The notes: generated by a model from the sequence alone, not told the origin. Positions 49,330 through 62,685 are shown, counted from the whole stretch's first letter. The stretch is DNA of 63,428 nucleotides, filler included, from Chiloscyllium plagiosum (GCF_004010195.1; 4 parts of one record of this genome joined end to end with filler, not necessarily neighbours in it), one strand, 5' to 3'. Numbers and translations: made by a program.

Positions 49330-50040
49330 TCGCTGATGACATCACCATAGTCGGTCGAATCTTAGATGGCGATGAAACAGACAACAGACCTGGAAGACCT
49401 GGAAAAATGGAGCACTGAGAACAACCTAGCTCTCAATGCTGGCAAAACCAGGGAACTCATTATTGACCTCTGGCAGGATGTTACTCATGCCCCCCTCCAC
49501 ATTAACAGCACAGAGGTGGAATGAGCGGACAGTGTCAAACTCCTGGGAATGGTCATCCACAACAAGCTTTCTTGGACTCTTCATGTGGATACACTGGTTA
49601 CAAAGGCCCAACAACATCTCTTCTTCCTCAGGCGGCTGAGGAAATTTGACATGACGGCAAATACTCTTGCCAACATTTATAGGTGCGCCATCGAGAGCAT
49701 TCTGTCTGGATGTATCACTACCTGATATGGCAACTGTACCATTCAAGATCGGAGACGGTTACAGAGAGTGGTGAACTCGGCCCAGACAATCACAAAGGCC
49801 AACCTCCCATCTACAGAATCCATCTACCAGGCCCGCTGTCAAGAAAAGGCCGCCAGCATTCTCAAAGATCCATCCCAGCCTGGCAATGTTTTTCTACAAC
49901 CTCTACCATCAGGGGGAAGGTACAGAAGTCTGAACACACGCACCAGCTGGTTTCAAAACAGTTTCTACCCGACTGTTGTTACAATACAGAATGGACTCTC
50001 AAACTCTTAACATTCACCTTTACCTGTGTTTTGTTTTTAC
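49330..50040 (+). mobile_element. Rex1/Babar-clade LINE 3' fragment
   Basis: FADDITIVGRI, KAQQHLFFLRRLRKF, YRCAIESILSGCIT, KAASILKDPSQPG, LPSGGRYRS, SFYPTVV. Confidence 0.82.
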
Positions 50041-50460
50041 CATAAGACCATAAGACGTAGGAGCGGAAGTAAGGCCACTCGGCCCACCGAGTCCACTCCA
50101 TCATTCAATCATGGCTGATAGGCATTTCAACTCCACTTACCCGCATTCTCCCCGTAGCCCTTAATTCCTTGTGACATCAAGAATTTATCAATTTCTGCCT
50201 TGAAGACATTTAGCGTCCCAGCCTCCACTGCACTCTGCGGCAATGAATTCCACAGGCCTACCACTCTCTGGCTGAAGAAATGTCTCAGCATTTCTGTTCT
50301 GAATTTACCCCATCTAATTCTAAGGCTGTGTCCACGGGTCCTAGTCTCCTCGCCTAACAGAAACAATTTCCTAGCGTCCACCCTCTCAAAGCCATGTATT
50401 ATCTTGTAAGTTTCTATTAGATCTCCCCTTAATCTTCTAAACTCCAATGAATACAATCCC
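50041..50460 (-). mobile_element. CR1 3' end with (CATAAGAC) tail
   Basis: GLYSLEFRRLRGDLIETYKI...FFSQRVVGLWNSLPQSAVEA. Confidence 0.88.
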
Positions 50461-50518
50461 AATTATGAGATAGAATGGAAATTTTCTCTATTCTCAATAG
50501 AAAAACTTAAATAACAAT

Positions 50519-50855
50519 GGGGTGGCATGGTGGCTCAGTGGTTAGCACTGCTGCCTCTCAGCACCGGGGTCCCAGATTTGATTCCAGCCTCGGGCGNNNN
50601 NNNNNNNNNNNNNNNNNNNNNNNNNNNNNNNNNNNNNNNNTTAATTAATTAANNNNNNNNNNNNNNNNNNNNNNNNNNNNNNNNNNNNNNNNNNNNTCCA
50701 CCTGACCTTGCACCTCTTTGGACTGTGGGAGGAAACCGGAGCACCCGGAGGAAACCCACGCAGACACGGGGAAACGTGCAAACTCCACACAGACAGTCGC
50801 CTGAGGCGGGAATTGAACCCGGGTCTCTGGCACTGTGCTAACCACTGTGCCACCC
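50519..50855. mobile_element. Two HE1 SINE 5' portions in opposite orientation either side of a gap
   Basis: Plus head at 50519-50596, minus copy at 50697-50855. Confidence 0.8.
50597..50696. other. Assembly gap with artificial linker
   Basis: 44 N + TTAATTAATTAA + 44 N. Confidence 0.95.
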
Positions 50856-51069
50856 TCAGGTAGTCTAGAGTCAGCATGGTTTTGCGCAAGGCAGAAAGAG
50901 GTGGGGAGGGAAGTATATCCCTGGTGGTGGGGTCCGTTTGGAGGTGGCGGAAATGTCGTCTGATGATTCGGTTTTTGCGAAGGTTGGTGGGGTGGAAGGT
51001 GAGGACCGAGGGGTTCTATCCTTGTTACGGCATTCCCCTATTTTAAATAATTATGTAATGTATTTAAAG

Positions 51070-51420
51070 TTCATTGAAACTTACAGAGTACTGAGAGGCC
51101 TGGCTAGAGTGGACGTAGAGAAGATGTTTCCTTTAGTAGGAGTGACTAGGACCCGGGGGCATAGCCTCAGAGTGAAGGGCCAACCCTTCAGAACTAAATT
51201 GAGAAGAAATGTCTTCAGCCAGAGGGTGGCGAATCTGTGAAACTCACTGCGGCAAAGGGCTGTGGAGGCCAAGTCTTTGAATGTACTTAAGACAGAGATA
51301 GATAGGTTCTTGATTAGTAAAGGGAGTCAAGTGTTACGGGGAGAAAACAGGAGAATGGGATTGAGAAATATATCAGCCAAAATCAAATGATGGAGAAGAC
51401 CCAATGGGCTGAATGGTCGC
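51070..51420 (+). mobile_element. CR1 3' end
   Basis: IETYRVLRGLARVDVEKMFPLVGVTRTRGHSL. Confidence 0.82.
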
Positions 51421-52249
51421 ATCATTTCAAATTACTTTTGAATGAATCTGATAAATTTTTCGCGGATCACTTTAGCTTCTCTTGCCAATTACTTCTCGGC
51501 TGTGTCTTCTTGCTTTCTTTGCACTGTCTCTCTTTTGTTTCATATTATCTCTCCATTTATTCCTGCCAAAACAAAACCCCTTAAATTTCTCATATTGAAT
51601 TTCATGTGCCACCAGTTTGTCCATTCCCCCGTCATGTCTGTGTCCTTGTGAAGTTTTATACTCTCCTCCTCGTGGTTCTTCAAAGAGACTTAGTGGTGAG
51701 GAAGAATATAATTGTATTGTGTTTCTTGAAGATATGGCTCCATAAGGTGATGTGTGCAGTTTGGGGTTTATTGCTGTTGATTTCAGAATTGCTGAACAGT
51801 ACTGAATGTACCATTACAGCAACCCAGACTGTAATATAATCTTTACAATGTCTAGTCCATTGCAGCAAGACCCAGGTAGTGCAGGCAAACTTTGGCACCA
51901 CATTCAGACTTAGCCAAAGACATTAAAAGGAAAGTTCTCATGATATGGATATCAATGGCAATGGCATTTAATTCCAATCCCTGATTACTCTGGAGAAACT
52001 GGACATGATTTGACTTCTTGACAATTGAGAGATCAGCTAAGGACGATTGAATTTCTTGCCTAAAACATCAGTGAAGCTGATGGATTTTTACAGCAATATT
52101 GTAAATTCCTTTAGATCTATTCGGTAAACTTTAAGTCTGGGAAGAGTGTCCTTGTCACCACAAAAATTATTTATTCCTGCCTGGCACCAGAATGCAAAAA
52201 GGACAGTTGCTAAACCATGACGTATGAGGGAAATTAGAGATAGTATTTG

Positions 52250-53250
52250 AAATAACTCCAGAGGCCATTATCCTATCACCAAGTCACACTTTATTTACAC
52301 ATGGAGAGTACTTGACACTGATCCAGCTCCCTCAGAGTGAACAGAATGTCAGACACTCCTGTTTTTCTTGTTTTTACCCCCACACTCCCGCCCAACTGCT
52401 TATTTTTTCCCCAGCACCCATGTTATGTGTGCGCAGGTGTGAGACACAGTGAAAGACACAAGGTGCGTGAATCTTTATTCAAATTTCCACCACCAGGAAG
52501 AAAGGAAACACCTGAGTGGCCAGTGACAAGCAGTGCCCTTCACATCAAAAGGCAATGCTGTGTGACCAAACAGTGAAGGGGAGGGCAGGGATTAAATCAA
52601 AATAGAGTTAGAGGGGGAAATAATGCACTCCACTCCCTGCAGAGTCCACCTCTCTCTGAACAACTCCAGGTGTTTGTGGAGACCGCGTGCTCCTTCTCCA
52701 AGGACACCCGGGCTCTAACGTAACCGCGGAAGAGGGGCAGGCAGTTGGCCCTAACAACCCCCTCCACGGCCCGCTGCCAGGACCTATTTATGGCCAGTTT
52801 GGCCAGGCCCAGGAGCAGACCCTCGAGGAGGTCTTCAGACCTGCCCTCCCTCCTCCGTACCGGGTGCCCGAAGATCAGGAGAATGGGACTGAAATGCAAC
52901 CAAAAGCAGAGGAGGAGGTTTTGAGAAAATCAAAAAGGGAGTGCAAACGCGCCACAGCGCCACAGAACAAGCAGTTGGGCTGGGAGTCCGTGAACCACCG
53001 CAATCTGCGGTTGCAGGGGACCGCTGCATGCAGCACCCTCCACCCCAGATCCCTGAGAGAAAAGGGGAGGACTCCCGCATAGAGAGCCCTCCACTGGGGA
53101 TCTCCACCTCCCGGTGGCAAATGGGCACGCCAAGGCGACACTCCTGTTCTTATCTGTCAGACACTGCTCCCTGACTGGAGCAGATTAACAGTCCCAATCA
53201 GGGAACTCAGATGCTATGAAGTCAACCTAGCTGACCTCGTTACAATCACT
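52250..53250. mobile_element. Possible solo LTR hosting the Tx1 insertion
   Basis: The flanks joined across the TSD form a short non-coding unit with TTTATT (reverse polyA signal) and CCAAT; termini not established. Confidence 0.35.
52364..53136 (-). mobile_element. Tx1-clade L1 3' fragment (zinc-binding C-terminus) with 12-bp TSD
   Basis: WRALYAG...LRDLGWRVLHAAVPCN...CLFCG, LLLGLAKLAI; TSD GACACTCCTGTT at 52352-52363 and 53137-53148; T-rich tail on the left. Confidence 0.82.
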
Positions 53251-53404
53251 AAAATATTAGTTGCAAAAAAGAAGTCTACAAATTTGCAAGAAATACCAAA
53301 GACTTAATGATTGGGAATAGTTTAGAAGACAGCAAAGGAGAATTGGTTATGGAGGAGAAAATAGAGTATGAGAGTAAGCTCGCAGAGAATAGAAGAACAG
53401 ACTG

Positions 53405-54125
53405 ACAAGAGACAAGCAACATTCATGCCATACAGCTGCCCCTTGACATTCAATGCTGTAACCATCACTGAATACCCCACTATCTACATCCTGGGGGTTG
53501 GCATTAAGCAGAAACTCAACTGGATTCTCCATATAAACACAGCGTCAACAAGAGCAGGCCAGAGGCTAGTAATACTGCAGCAAGTGACTCACTGTCTGGC
53601 TCTCTAGAGCCTATCCACCATTTACAAGGCACAAGTCAGGAGGGTGATGGAATATTCCCCATTTTCCTGGATGGGTGTAGCTCCAAAAACACTCAAGAAC
53701 CTTGACATTTTCCAGAACAGAGCAGCCCACATTATCGGCACTACATTCACAAATATCCACTCCCTCCACTCCCATCACTGAAGCTGGTGTGTTCTGCACT
53801 GCAAAGTTCACCAAAATTCCTCAGACAGCACCTCCCAAACCGGTGACCACTTCGTAGAAGACAAGGACAGTGGATACATAGGAAAATCACCACCTGCAAG
53901 TTCCCTTCCAAGCCACTCTCCATCCTGACATAAAAATATATTGCCATTCCTTCATTATCTCTGGGTCAAAATTCTGGAATTTCCTCCCATAAACACATGT
54001 GTATCAACCGACAGTATGTGGACTGTGGTGGTTTAGGAAGGCAGCTCACCAGAATTTTCTCAAGGGAAACTCAAGACAGGCAATAAATGATGGACCAGCC
54101 AGCGACCACATCCCATAAGTGAATT
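53405..54125 (+). mobile_element. CR1/L2-type LINE 3' end
   Basis: ILGVGIKQKLNWILHIN, RAGQRL; tail ccagcgaccacatcccataagtgaat. Confidence 0.8.
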
Positions 54126-54875
54126 TTCAAAATAATCAACAAATGGAAGTGAAACAGTTCCATATGGCTTGAGCAGTAAATGATATCTTCAGTGAATTTC
54201 AGCTCTCCAAGCACCATAAAGCTTTATTTTACAGAGTGCATGTGAACTGATCCTGAGAAGATATCTCTAAAAATCTTGCTTGGTATTGGGAGGGAGGCAT
54301 TTTACAAAATTAATACAACTGTTCTGTTCATGGAAGATCATGAAATATCCAAAAAAAAAGCTCTGGAGAATTCTCAAAGACAAGCTCAAGGTAAAAGTTA
54401 AATTCAGGATTAACAGACTCCAATTCATGTCATACACACAGAACCCTCAAATACCCATTGACAAGTTTGCTGCTGGATGGCACAACAAAGGGTACTAATG
54501 TAATTTCTCCACAAGGACATTGAAAGAAGCATCTTGCATTAGTATTTGCCTTTACACTGATTTAAAGTCTTTAGCAAGGGTCTTCTGGGCAAGGAGAAGG
54601 GTTGTACTATTGGCACCAAGTTGGATGTCGGCATGGTAACAGGCCAGCAACAATTAGGAGCTTTAGATGCCTTCTGATAATGTGACGGCCAGAACTGCAC
54701 ACAGTATTCCATCTGTGTGCTCATCAATGTTCTACCAAATCTTATTTATGATCCAATGAAAGGAAAATGCTGCATTGTTGACTCAATCAGCAATTTGTCG
54801 TCACCCTTATTAGATGAAAGAAACAAATGTCATCTGAACTCAGACACTAGACATCTATGAAGTATCTCCAATGCG

Positions 54876-55262
54876 ATTAGAATCCAGAGATCTATGTAGT
54901 GTCTCCAGGGAACATTAGAATCCAGAGATCTGTGCAGTCTCTCCAGGGAACATTAGAATCCAGAGATCCATGTAGTGTCTCCAGGGAACATTAGAATCCA
55001 GAGATCTGTGCAGTGTATCCAGGGACCATTAGAATCCAGAGATCTATGTAGTGTCTCCAGGGAACATTAGAATCCAGAGATTTGTGCAGTATCTCCAAGA
55101 AACATTAGAGATCTATGAGGTGTTTCCAGGGAACGTTAGAATCCAGAGATCTGTGCAGTGTATCCAGGGACCATTAGAATCCAGAGATCTGTGCAGTGTA
55201 TCCAGGGAACATTAGCAATCAAAGATCTGAGCAGTGTCTCCAGGGAACATTAGCAAAGATCT
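54876..55262 (+). repeat. 38-bp minisatellite, about 10 copies
   Basis: Unit ATTAGAATCCAGAGATCTRTGYAGTGTCTCCAGGGAAC starting at 54876, 54914, 54952, 54990, 55028, 55066, 55104 (shortened), 55135, 55173, 55211, 55249 (partial). Confidence 0.95.
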
Positions 55263-57613
55263 GTGGGGTTAGAGTAGTTAGTTAGACAGTTGTTTTTGAT
55301 TAGTGCAGACATGATGTGGATATCTATGATTCTATAACTGTGCAGCATCTGCAGTGCAAATTTATGACTGTTTCCAGTTTAGTTTACAATTCAGAATTTG
55401 TGCGTTGTGCAGTACTTGAATAGCTCACTGTCTATTCTGCTCACCACAACACAATGTGGGGTCGGTCTAGCATTCCTGGTAACTAGTAATATCTTTTGGA
55501 CTATAAAGTTCAACATTCTGCTTGCTTTATTGATTATGCCTTTGCATTTTGGGTGTGTTGATAACAATGCAAAAGAGGTAACAGTGAATTGGGAACACTT
55601 TCTACACCTTGCCTGAATTTCTTGTTTCATTTTTCATTTTCTACATGATGATAGTGAGCAGACTTCAAATGTACTTCTCTGGCTGCAAAGCACTTTCGGA
55701 TGACCAAAGGTCATAAAAGGTGCACTATGAATGTGTGTCTATTACTGAGTTCAATACAAAATAAAATTGGGTCTAAAATGTACTGGAGATTCACTACCTT
55801 CCATTTTATGCCTCAGCCAAAGATTGATTTTACTTTCATCGATCCCTCAATCTCCTTCAATTTCATCCTGAGCAACATTGTCACCACTTATACAATGCAT
55901 ACCTTAACCAGACTTTTTTACAATCGACAGTGTCCTATAATCAGGAGGGCGACACTGAGACTGAAAGTGTGTGCCAGCTCTTGGAAAGAACTATAAATGA
56001 ATTGCACTGTCCTGATTTTCCCCTGTCATTTCAAATTTCTTCATAAGAATTTCTATCGAATCTTCTTCCACGGCTATTACAGAATGTTCCACATCACGCT
56101 GCTTGGAAAAGTATTCTCATTCTTTTGCTGGTGGTCTTAAATTTTTTGCTAATACTTCTCTGTAATAGATGTCATGCACCACATGCCCAGCCCTTAAGAT
56201 ATTGAACTGAAGCCAAATCAGCAGGGAAGGTCAGGCTGCGGTCAAGCAGCAATGGAATCTGGGTACTAATTGCAAAGTGACTTAGATACTATAACCACAT
56301 TGTGGCACATGATGAGAGATGTTCAAATCTGAGAGGACACCTGAAGTGTTTCCATTAATAGGAGAGGACTGAAAAGAGACAGAAGTAGCTACATCAATCT
56401 TTAATAACATATGAATCAATGCGCAGAACACACATTGTGACCGCAGAACCAGCAGTATATTATCAGATCTAAAGAATAATAATTATGCCAACACACTCAG
56501 CTAATTTTTGTTTTTAAATTGGAGGTCCATTGCCCTATGGAGTAACAAGCAAATAATTTACATCAAGGTTTGCATCGCCCTAGATCACATTTCACCCAAT
56601 CTGTGCTCTTTAAAACTGCAATCAAAATAATCTCTTTTCTGTGACTGATAATGTAACAACCTGAGTCCAAAAGTTCTCCTTGTCACTCTATCCTGAATCT
56701 CTATACTATTATCCTGAACATTTTAGAATTAGACTTAGAATTAGAATTAGCTTTGTCATCACACATACCCAAGTCAGTGGAGTGAAAAGGGTATAAATCT
56801 TAGGGTATGCCATCTTAGGTACAAGTCCCTAAGTACAGCTTCTTCAGTTACAGTTCTTAGAAAAATAGAGAGCAAAAATTGCAGATTTTAGGAATAAATT
56901 ATAAAATTGAGAAAAAAAAATGTTCAGTATAGTGGTCTTCTATTTACTCCCCGCATGCCCCTCATGATTTTATAAACCTCTATAAGGTCACCCCTTAAGC
57001 TCTTGGGAAAACAGCTCCAGCCTATTTTTCTCTCCTCTCATTTGCTTCTTTTGCAAAATGCTTTAAATCTGTGCCGTTTGGTTCAATTCTCCCATGAGTG
57101 GGAATGGCTTCTCCCTATCTACTCCTTCCAGACCCCACATGATTTCGAAAACTTCTATCAGATCTTCTCTTAATCTGTAAGGAATCTTTAATCTCTTAAT
57201 CAGAAGCTCTGTAAGGAAAACAGTTCCAAATTCTTCAATCTACCCACAGCGCTGTTAGGGAAGAAGGTCAGGCAGCTGGCAGCATTGCAGTAAGAAACAT
57301 GGAAACATGGGAAATAGGAGGAGGAGTAGGCCATTCAGCCCTTTGAACTTGTTCTGTCATTCAGAATGACGCATTCAGTCAACTTGTCCAAATCACAATG
57401 AAATACCTCATCACCGTTCACTGGCCCACCAGCTTGTGTCATCTGCAAACTTGGACACATTATATTTAGTTCACTAATCTAAACCTATAATATGTATTGT
57501 GAAAAGTTGGGGTTCAATCACTGTGGTACTCTGCTAATCCTTGCTAGCCACCCAGAAGAAGACCTGTTTATTCCTTCTCTTTGTTTCCTGTCTGCCATAA
57601 TGGTATTATCTTC

Positions 57614-57905
57614 CATAGAATCCCTACAATGCAGAAAGAGGCAATGCACCCCCTTAGGCCTGCACTGATCCCCTGAAGAGCATTGACACAATCCCACCTC
57701 CTACCCTATCCCCACATTTACCATGGCTAATCCAATTAGCCTGCACATCTTTGGACTGTAGGAGGAAATCAGAGCACCCAGAGGAAATCTGCACAGACAC
57801 AGGAGAATGTGCAAACTCTACACAGGCAGTTATTCAAGGTTGGAATTGAACCCAGATTCCGAGAGCTGTAAGACAATAGTGCCTTCTGAGCCACAATGAG
57901 CCACT
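57614..57905 (-). mobile_element. HE1 SINE (older)
   Basis: Homologous to other HE1 copies. Confidence 0.8.
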
Positions 57906-59849
57906 GACACTTAGCCACCAGGCCACCCCAAATTCAGGGGCGTGTGACTTGGAGTGGAAATTGCAGGTGGAGGTTTTCCCATGTATCAGCAGCCCTTATC
58001 TTTCTAGGTCATAGAAGGCACAGCCTTGGAATGTGCTGAAGGAAGAACCAGTAAACTATTTGCAACTGATGTAACTGAAAGGATGAGAGCTTGAGGAACA
58101 TCAAATCTGAGTGGCTGGGGTCATAAGGATTGCTGCAATCAGGACATGTGGTTCCTGGTGAAAGAATTTCTGGAGATTCTCTAAACCATCAAGGCCCTCT
58201 TGTGGCACAGAGGTAGTGTTTCTATCCCTGGAACAACAACCTGGGTTCCCATCTGCTCCAGACGTGTGTAATAACAGCTCTAAACAGGTTGGCTAGGATA
58301 AACAAATTAAATGAAAAAAAGCTTTCTATCTTGCAAGAAATTAGGAATGGCCAAAGGGCAAAAAGCATTGCCTCCCGACAAACCACTAAAAGCTATCAGA
58401 TAGACAAGAAGTGATTATCTAACATCTAAATTTACCGACAATGTGTGCCTGGTATTTTCCGACCTTTCTTATGGGTTAGAAAACAAATTTCTATTCTTCT
58501 CTCACTTGCCGAGGTCGGGATGGGGACGTCTGGTGGACAAATTTCAGAAATAAGTTTTGCCACAACAGCAGGCATGAATTTTGACAGTAATAGGTTATCC
58601 AAAGCAAAAAACTATCATTTTAAAAGATAATTAATAAATCTGATCATTAAAAAGGGCCAAGCTGCAGAATTAATAAAAATGTTTTCCCCTTTTCAGTAAA
58701 GGAAAGACATTAGATAGACAGATTAAACGCAATTGTGTCATTAAGGTATTTGACTGTGGGAGCACCACAAAATAAGGGCAAGGCATTTAGCTGCATCTGT
58801 CATTGGTTGTTAATCAGGGCAGAATCTGCACCAGTTGACTTTCTTATGCATTTCCCCACTTCCCCCACAGCTGAGGAGGTCAAATGCAGTTCTTCCATGC
58901 TCTGCTCCACTTGAGGTGATCTGACTGAATATAAACTGAGGAGATTCAAGCTGTAAAATCCTTCATTAGCACTGCAAATCGTGCGTTTATCCATTAGGCC
59001 ATCTGGGTAGCTCTGCCAAATGCTTTTAAGCCGATTGAGATGTTTTGCCAAGCAGTTCACCAGGCAGTTCTGCAATCAGACAGTTGTGACATTCGGGAAA
59101 AAAAAGTGAGAAATTAAACCGTCTACGGTTTCTGTTAAGATGTCACTTTATGTTCTGAGACATCCATCTAATCCTCAACACAAGAGACCAGATGGGAGAT
59201 GATAGGCATTACTCTGTTTGCAGTCAAAACACAATGATGTTGCTGGAAGATTGAGGCAGTGTTGTTTCCTAGACTCTGCTGGGTTTAGTCATCAAGCAAT
59301 AGTTTGACTGGAACAAATAGCTTATGGGATCTTGAGGGAAACCAGGATTAATGGAAGCGTCTTTCTCCAGAAATGAAAAATCCCATAACAACGGAGGGTG
59401 TTTTTAATAGTTTCTTTTGGACAATCCATTACATTTCTGTTCATATTTCTAATACAATAGAGTGTGGATGGCGAAAAAGAAATTCTAACCTTAGCAGGGA
59501 AAGCTGAGCACTGGCAATATTGTGCATTAGCTTAAAACAATTCCCCAAGTCCCCATTTTTCAAAATGTTATTGGATTTTTTACCCAACTCTTGCTCATCA
59601 CCGTCCATTCTAACCTTTAATATTCTATTTGTTATTCTTCATCTTCTTACTTTATTCTTCACGCCATCTCCACTGTCAGCTCCCTGAGCTGTCAAACACA
59701 CTGATTGATTTTCATGTGCAAACTGAATCATAAGGGAAGCACAAACACTTACCTTTCCACCCCTTCCCACCTCCAAAATGGGATAGAAAACCATGTTTCT
59801 GGATGGTAAAGCAGAAGTGATGGGCTGAATGGCCAATTCCTGTTCCTTT

Positions 59850-61170
59850 GTTTTTTTTCCATTCCTTCATAGAATGTGGGCATTGTTAGCAAGGCTAGTA
59901 TTTGTTGCCCATTCAAAACGGAGTGGTTTATTAGGCCATTTCAGAGGATGGTTTATTTTAATCTGTTTATGGGGTGTGGGCCTCATTGGGCCAGTATTCA
60001 TTGCCCCATCCCCAGTTGGCCTTGAGAGGAGGTGAATGGTGACCTGCCTATTCGAAATCCTGCAGTCTGTTTGGAGTAGGTACACCATAACGCCGTTAGG
60101 AAGGGAGATCCAGGATTTTGACCGAGCGATAGGGAAGGAACAGCCATCTAGTTCCAAGTCAGGATGGTGAATGGCTTGGAGGGAAAGTTGTACATGGTGG
60201 TGTTTCCACATATTTGTTGTCCTTGACTTTCCAAGTGGAAGTGGCTGTGGTTTTGTAAGGTGGTGTCTAAGACCTGTAAGTGAATGTCTGTGGTGCATCT
60301 TATAGATGGCATGAAGATGTTGTTATTAAGCATTGGAGGTAGAAGGAGTGGATGCTTGACGATGTGATGCCATTCAAATATTGTTCTGGACAGTGTCAAA
60401 CTTCTTGATTTGTTATGGACCAGACAAAACCACCTAAAAATATATTATGGAGATAGCTTAAACCCTAACTTGTTCTTATTTTAAAGGAAAATGTAAGGCA
60501 TTGCATTCCAGATACAATTCAATTGATCAAACTATTTGACTTTAAGCAAAACACACTTTATTTTTACACTTCAGTTAAAATACAGACAAAATAAGAATAA
60601 AATCAAATAATTAGTTTAATTGTAACTCTATTGAAGTGCTTAACAAAATGATATATATTAAATACTACTAATTAACTGTTCTGATATAGTAACATCCCAT
60701 AAACACACCCTTGGCAAGGGCAAATTCAGTAAAATAGATGAGTAAGAGCTTTCACATCCAGCTTCAAGACCCCAGCATCTGCAGAGAAATAAAACTGAAA
60801 ATTCTGGTTCTGTTGGGATCTTGACCCCACATTCAGGCTGCTTCTATTGTTCCAACTTTTAAAAAACTACAAGGCTTCACAAGCTGTTTACTTTCTCAGC
60901 TTTGAGGAGGCCTTTTGGCACCTCTGTAATAAACTTTCTTCATCAAGAAAAGGACAAAATACAACTCTGAAAGCCATTGTATCATCACAGACTGTTGTTG
61001 GAGTTGCACCCATCCAGGCAACTGGGAATAATTCCATCACAGTCCTGACTTGTGCCTTGTAGATGGCGGACAGGCTTTAGGGTGTCAGGAGATGAGTTAC
61101 TTGCTGCAAGATTTCTAGCCTCTGACAAGCTCTTGTAGCCACAGTACTTAAATGTCAAGTCTAGTTCAGC
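59850..61170 (-). mobile_element. CR1/L2-type LINE 3' region interrupted by a solo LTR
   Basis: Homologous to 46597-47200 and 61655-62410; cttcttga|tgttgttggag is continuous across 60411-60989. Confidence 0.75.
60411..60989. mobile_element. Solo LTR (579 bp)
   Basis: TG...CA termini (TGTTAT...ATCACA), 4-bp flanks GATT/GACT, precisely interrupts a LINE. Confidence 0.75.
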
Positions 61171-61654
61171 AAAGAGTCAACCACATGGCTGTGGAGTTTG
61201 GAGTCAGATGAAGGCCAAATAATGATAGCAGGACATTGTAAGGATATTAGTGAACGGGCTGAATTGTTGCAACAATTAGTGCCAGTTTCATAGTTTTACA
61301 TTCCACATTTAATGATTGAATTCAATTTCCACCAGCTACCATGATAGGATTTGAGCCACGCCTCCTGGGTACTTTCCTGCACTCCTGGATTAGCCCAGTA
61401 ACATTACCACGTCACCTTCCCTTAAATGTTCCTAATCAATTAAATAAATAGCAAAAAATTCCTTTCAGGACGGTAAGACGGGTAATATTTGTAAGTCAGG
61501 AGGCAAATAAAATGAGCTGCCACATTCCCAGATTTGACCTCACAATGACGATTAGGAAGATGCATCTATAAAGACGCCAGGCTCTCAAAAGACCTGCCAC
61601 TGCCTGATTGGTGAGTGATTCAGCAGACCATTCCCAGAAGTAGCAGTGTGGTAC

Positions 61655-62410
61655 TTTTTTACATTAATTTGTGGGAGGTAGGCATCACTGGCCAGCATTT
61701 ATTGTTTGTCCCTAGTTGCCTTTGAGAAAATAGTGGCAAGCTACCTTCCTAAACCGCTGTAATCCATGTCCTGTAGTCCCACAATGACCTCAGGAAGGGA
61801 ACTCCAGGAATTTGACCCAGTGACAATGAAGGAGCGGTGATATATTTCTGTGTCAGGATGGAGAGTAGCTTGGAGGAGAATTTGCAGGTGGTGCTGCTCC
61901 CATGTATCCGTTGTCCTTGTCCTTTGAGATGGAAGTCATCACAGGTTTGGAAGGTGCTGTCTGAGGAGTTTCGGTAAATTTTTGCAGTGCACCTTTTAGA
62001 TAGAACACGCTAGCGTCAGTGGTGGAGGGAGTGGATGTTTGTGAATATAATGCCAATCAAGTGGCCTGCTTCATCCTGGATGATGTCAAGCTTCTTGAGT
62101 GTTGTTGAAGGTGAACTCACCGAGGCCAGTGGGAAGTATACCATCACACTCCTGACTTGTGCTTTGTAGATGGTGGACAGGTTTTGGGGAGTCAGGAGGT
62201 GAGTTACTCATCACAGTGTTCCTAGCTTCTGACCTGCTTTTGTAGCCATCATGTTGATGTGGCAAATCCAGTTGAGTTTCTGGTCAATGGTAACCCCCAG
62301 AGTATTGACAGTGTGGGATTCTGCGATGGTAACACCATTGAATGTCAAGAGTCAGTGGTTAGAATGTCTCTTATTGGCAATAGTCATAGCCTGGCATTTG
62401 AGTGGCATGG
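61655..62410 (-). mobile_element. CR1/L2-type LINE 3' end
   Basis: Homologous to 53405-54125 in reverse. Confidence 0.8.
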
Positions 62411-62685
62411 ATGTTTCAGACATCCCAGAAGCTCATTCAATTGGCAAGATTCCCAACTCCAAGGCAGCATAACACTTACAGCACCTAACCGATCAAAGAG
62501 GAGCTGTTCGGCCCTCCATACCTGTACTGATCCATGAAATTTCCTACACATTTAGAATCTCAATGGCAAAAATCTGATGTGAAAGAATACATTACCTGAA
62601 AATATTTCTAAAATATTATTCAGTAATAGCAGTATTGTGGGTACACTAAACATGATTTTGTTTTACTTCTTTCCTCCCTTGGCAG

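Noticed and set aside
50519..50855. Inverted SINE pair as a real hairpin
   Set aside because: The two halves are separated by an unsized gap, so their spacing and adjacency are unknown.
51710..51800. MCAVWGLLLLISE as the gfra4 signal peptide
   Set aside because: No phase-1 donor follows and the frame ends in a stop at 51839.
54876..55262. CRISPR-like array
   Set aside because: Units are contiguous with no unique spacers, there are no cas genes, and the context is vertebrate; it is a minisatellite.
61567..61616. TATAAA followed by GTGAGT as a micro first exon
   Set aside because: Short motifs expected by chance; the implied exon would be implausibly small and has no other support.
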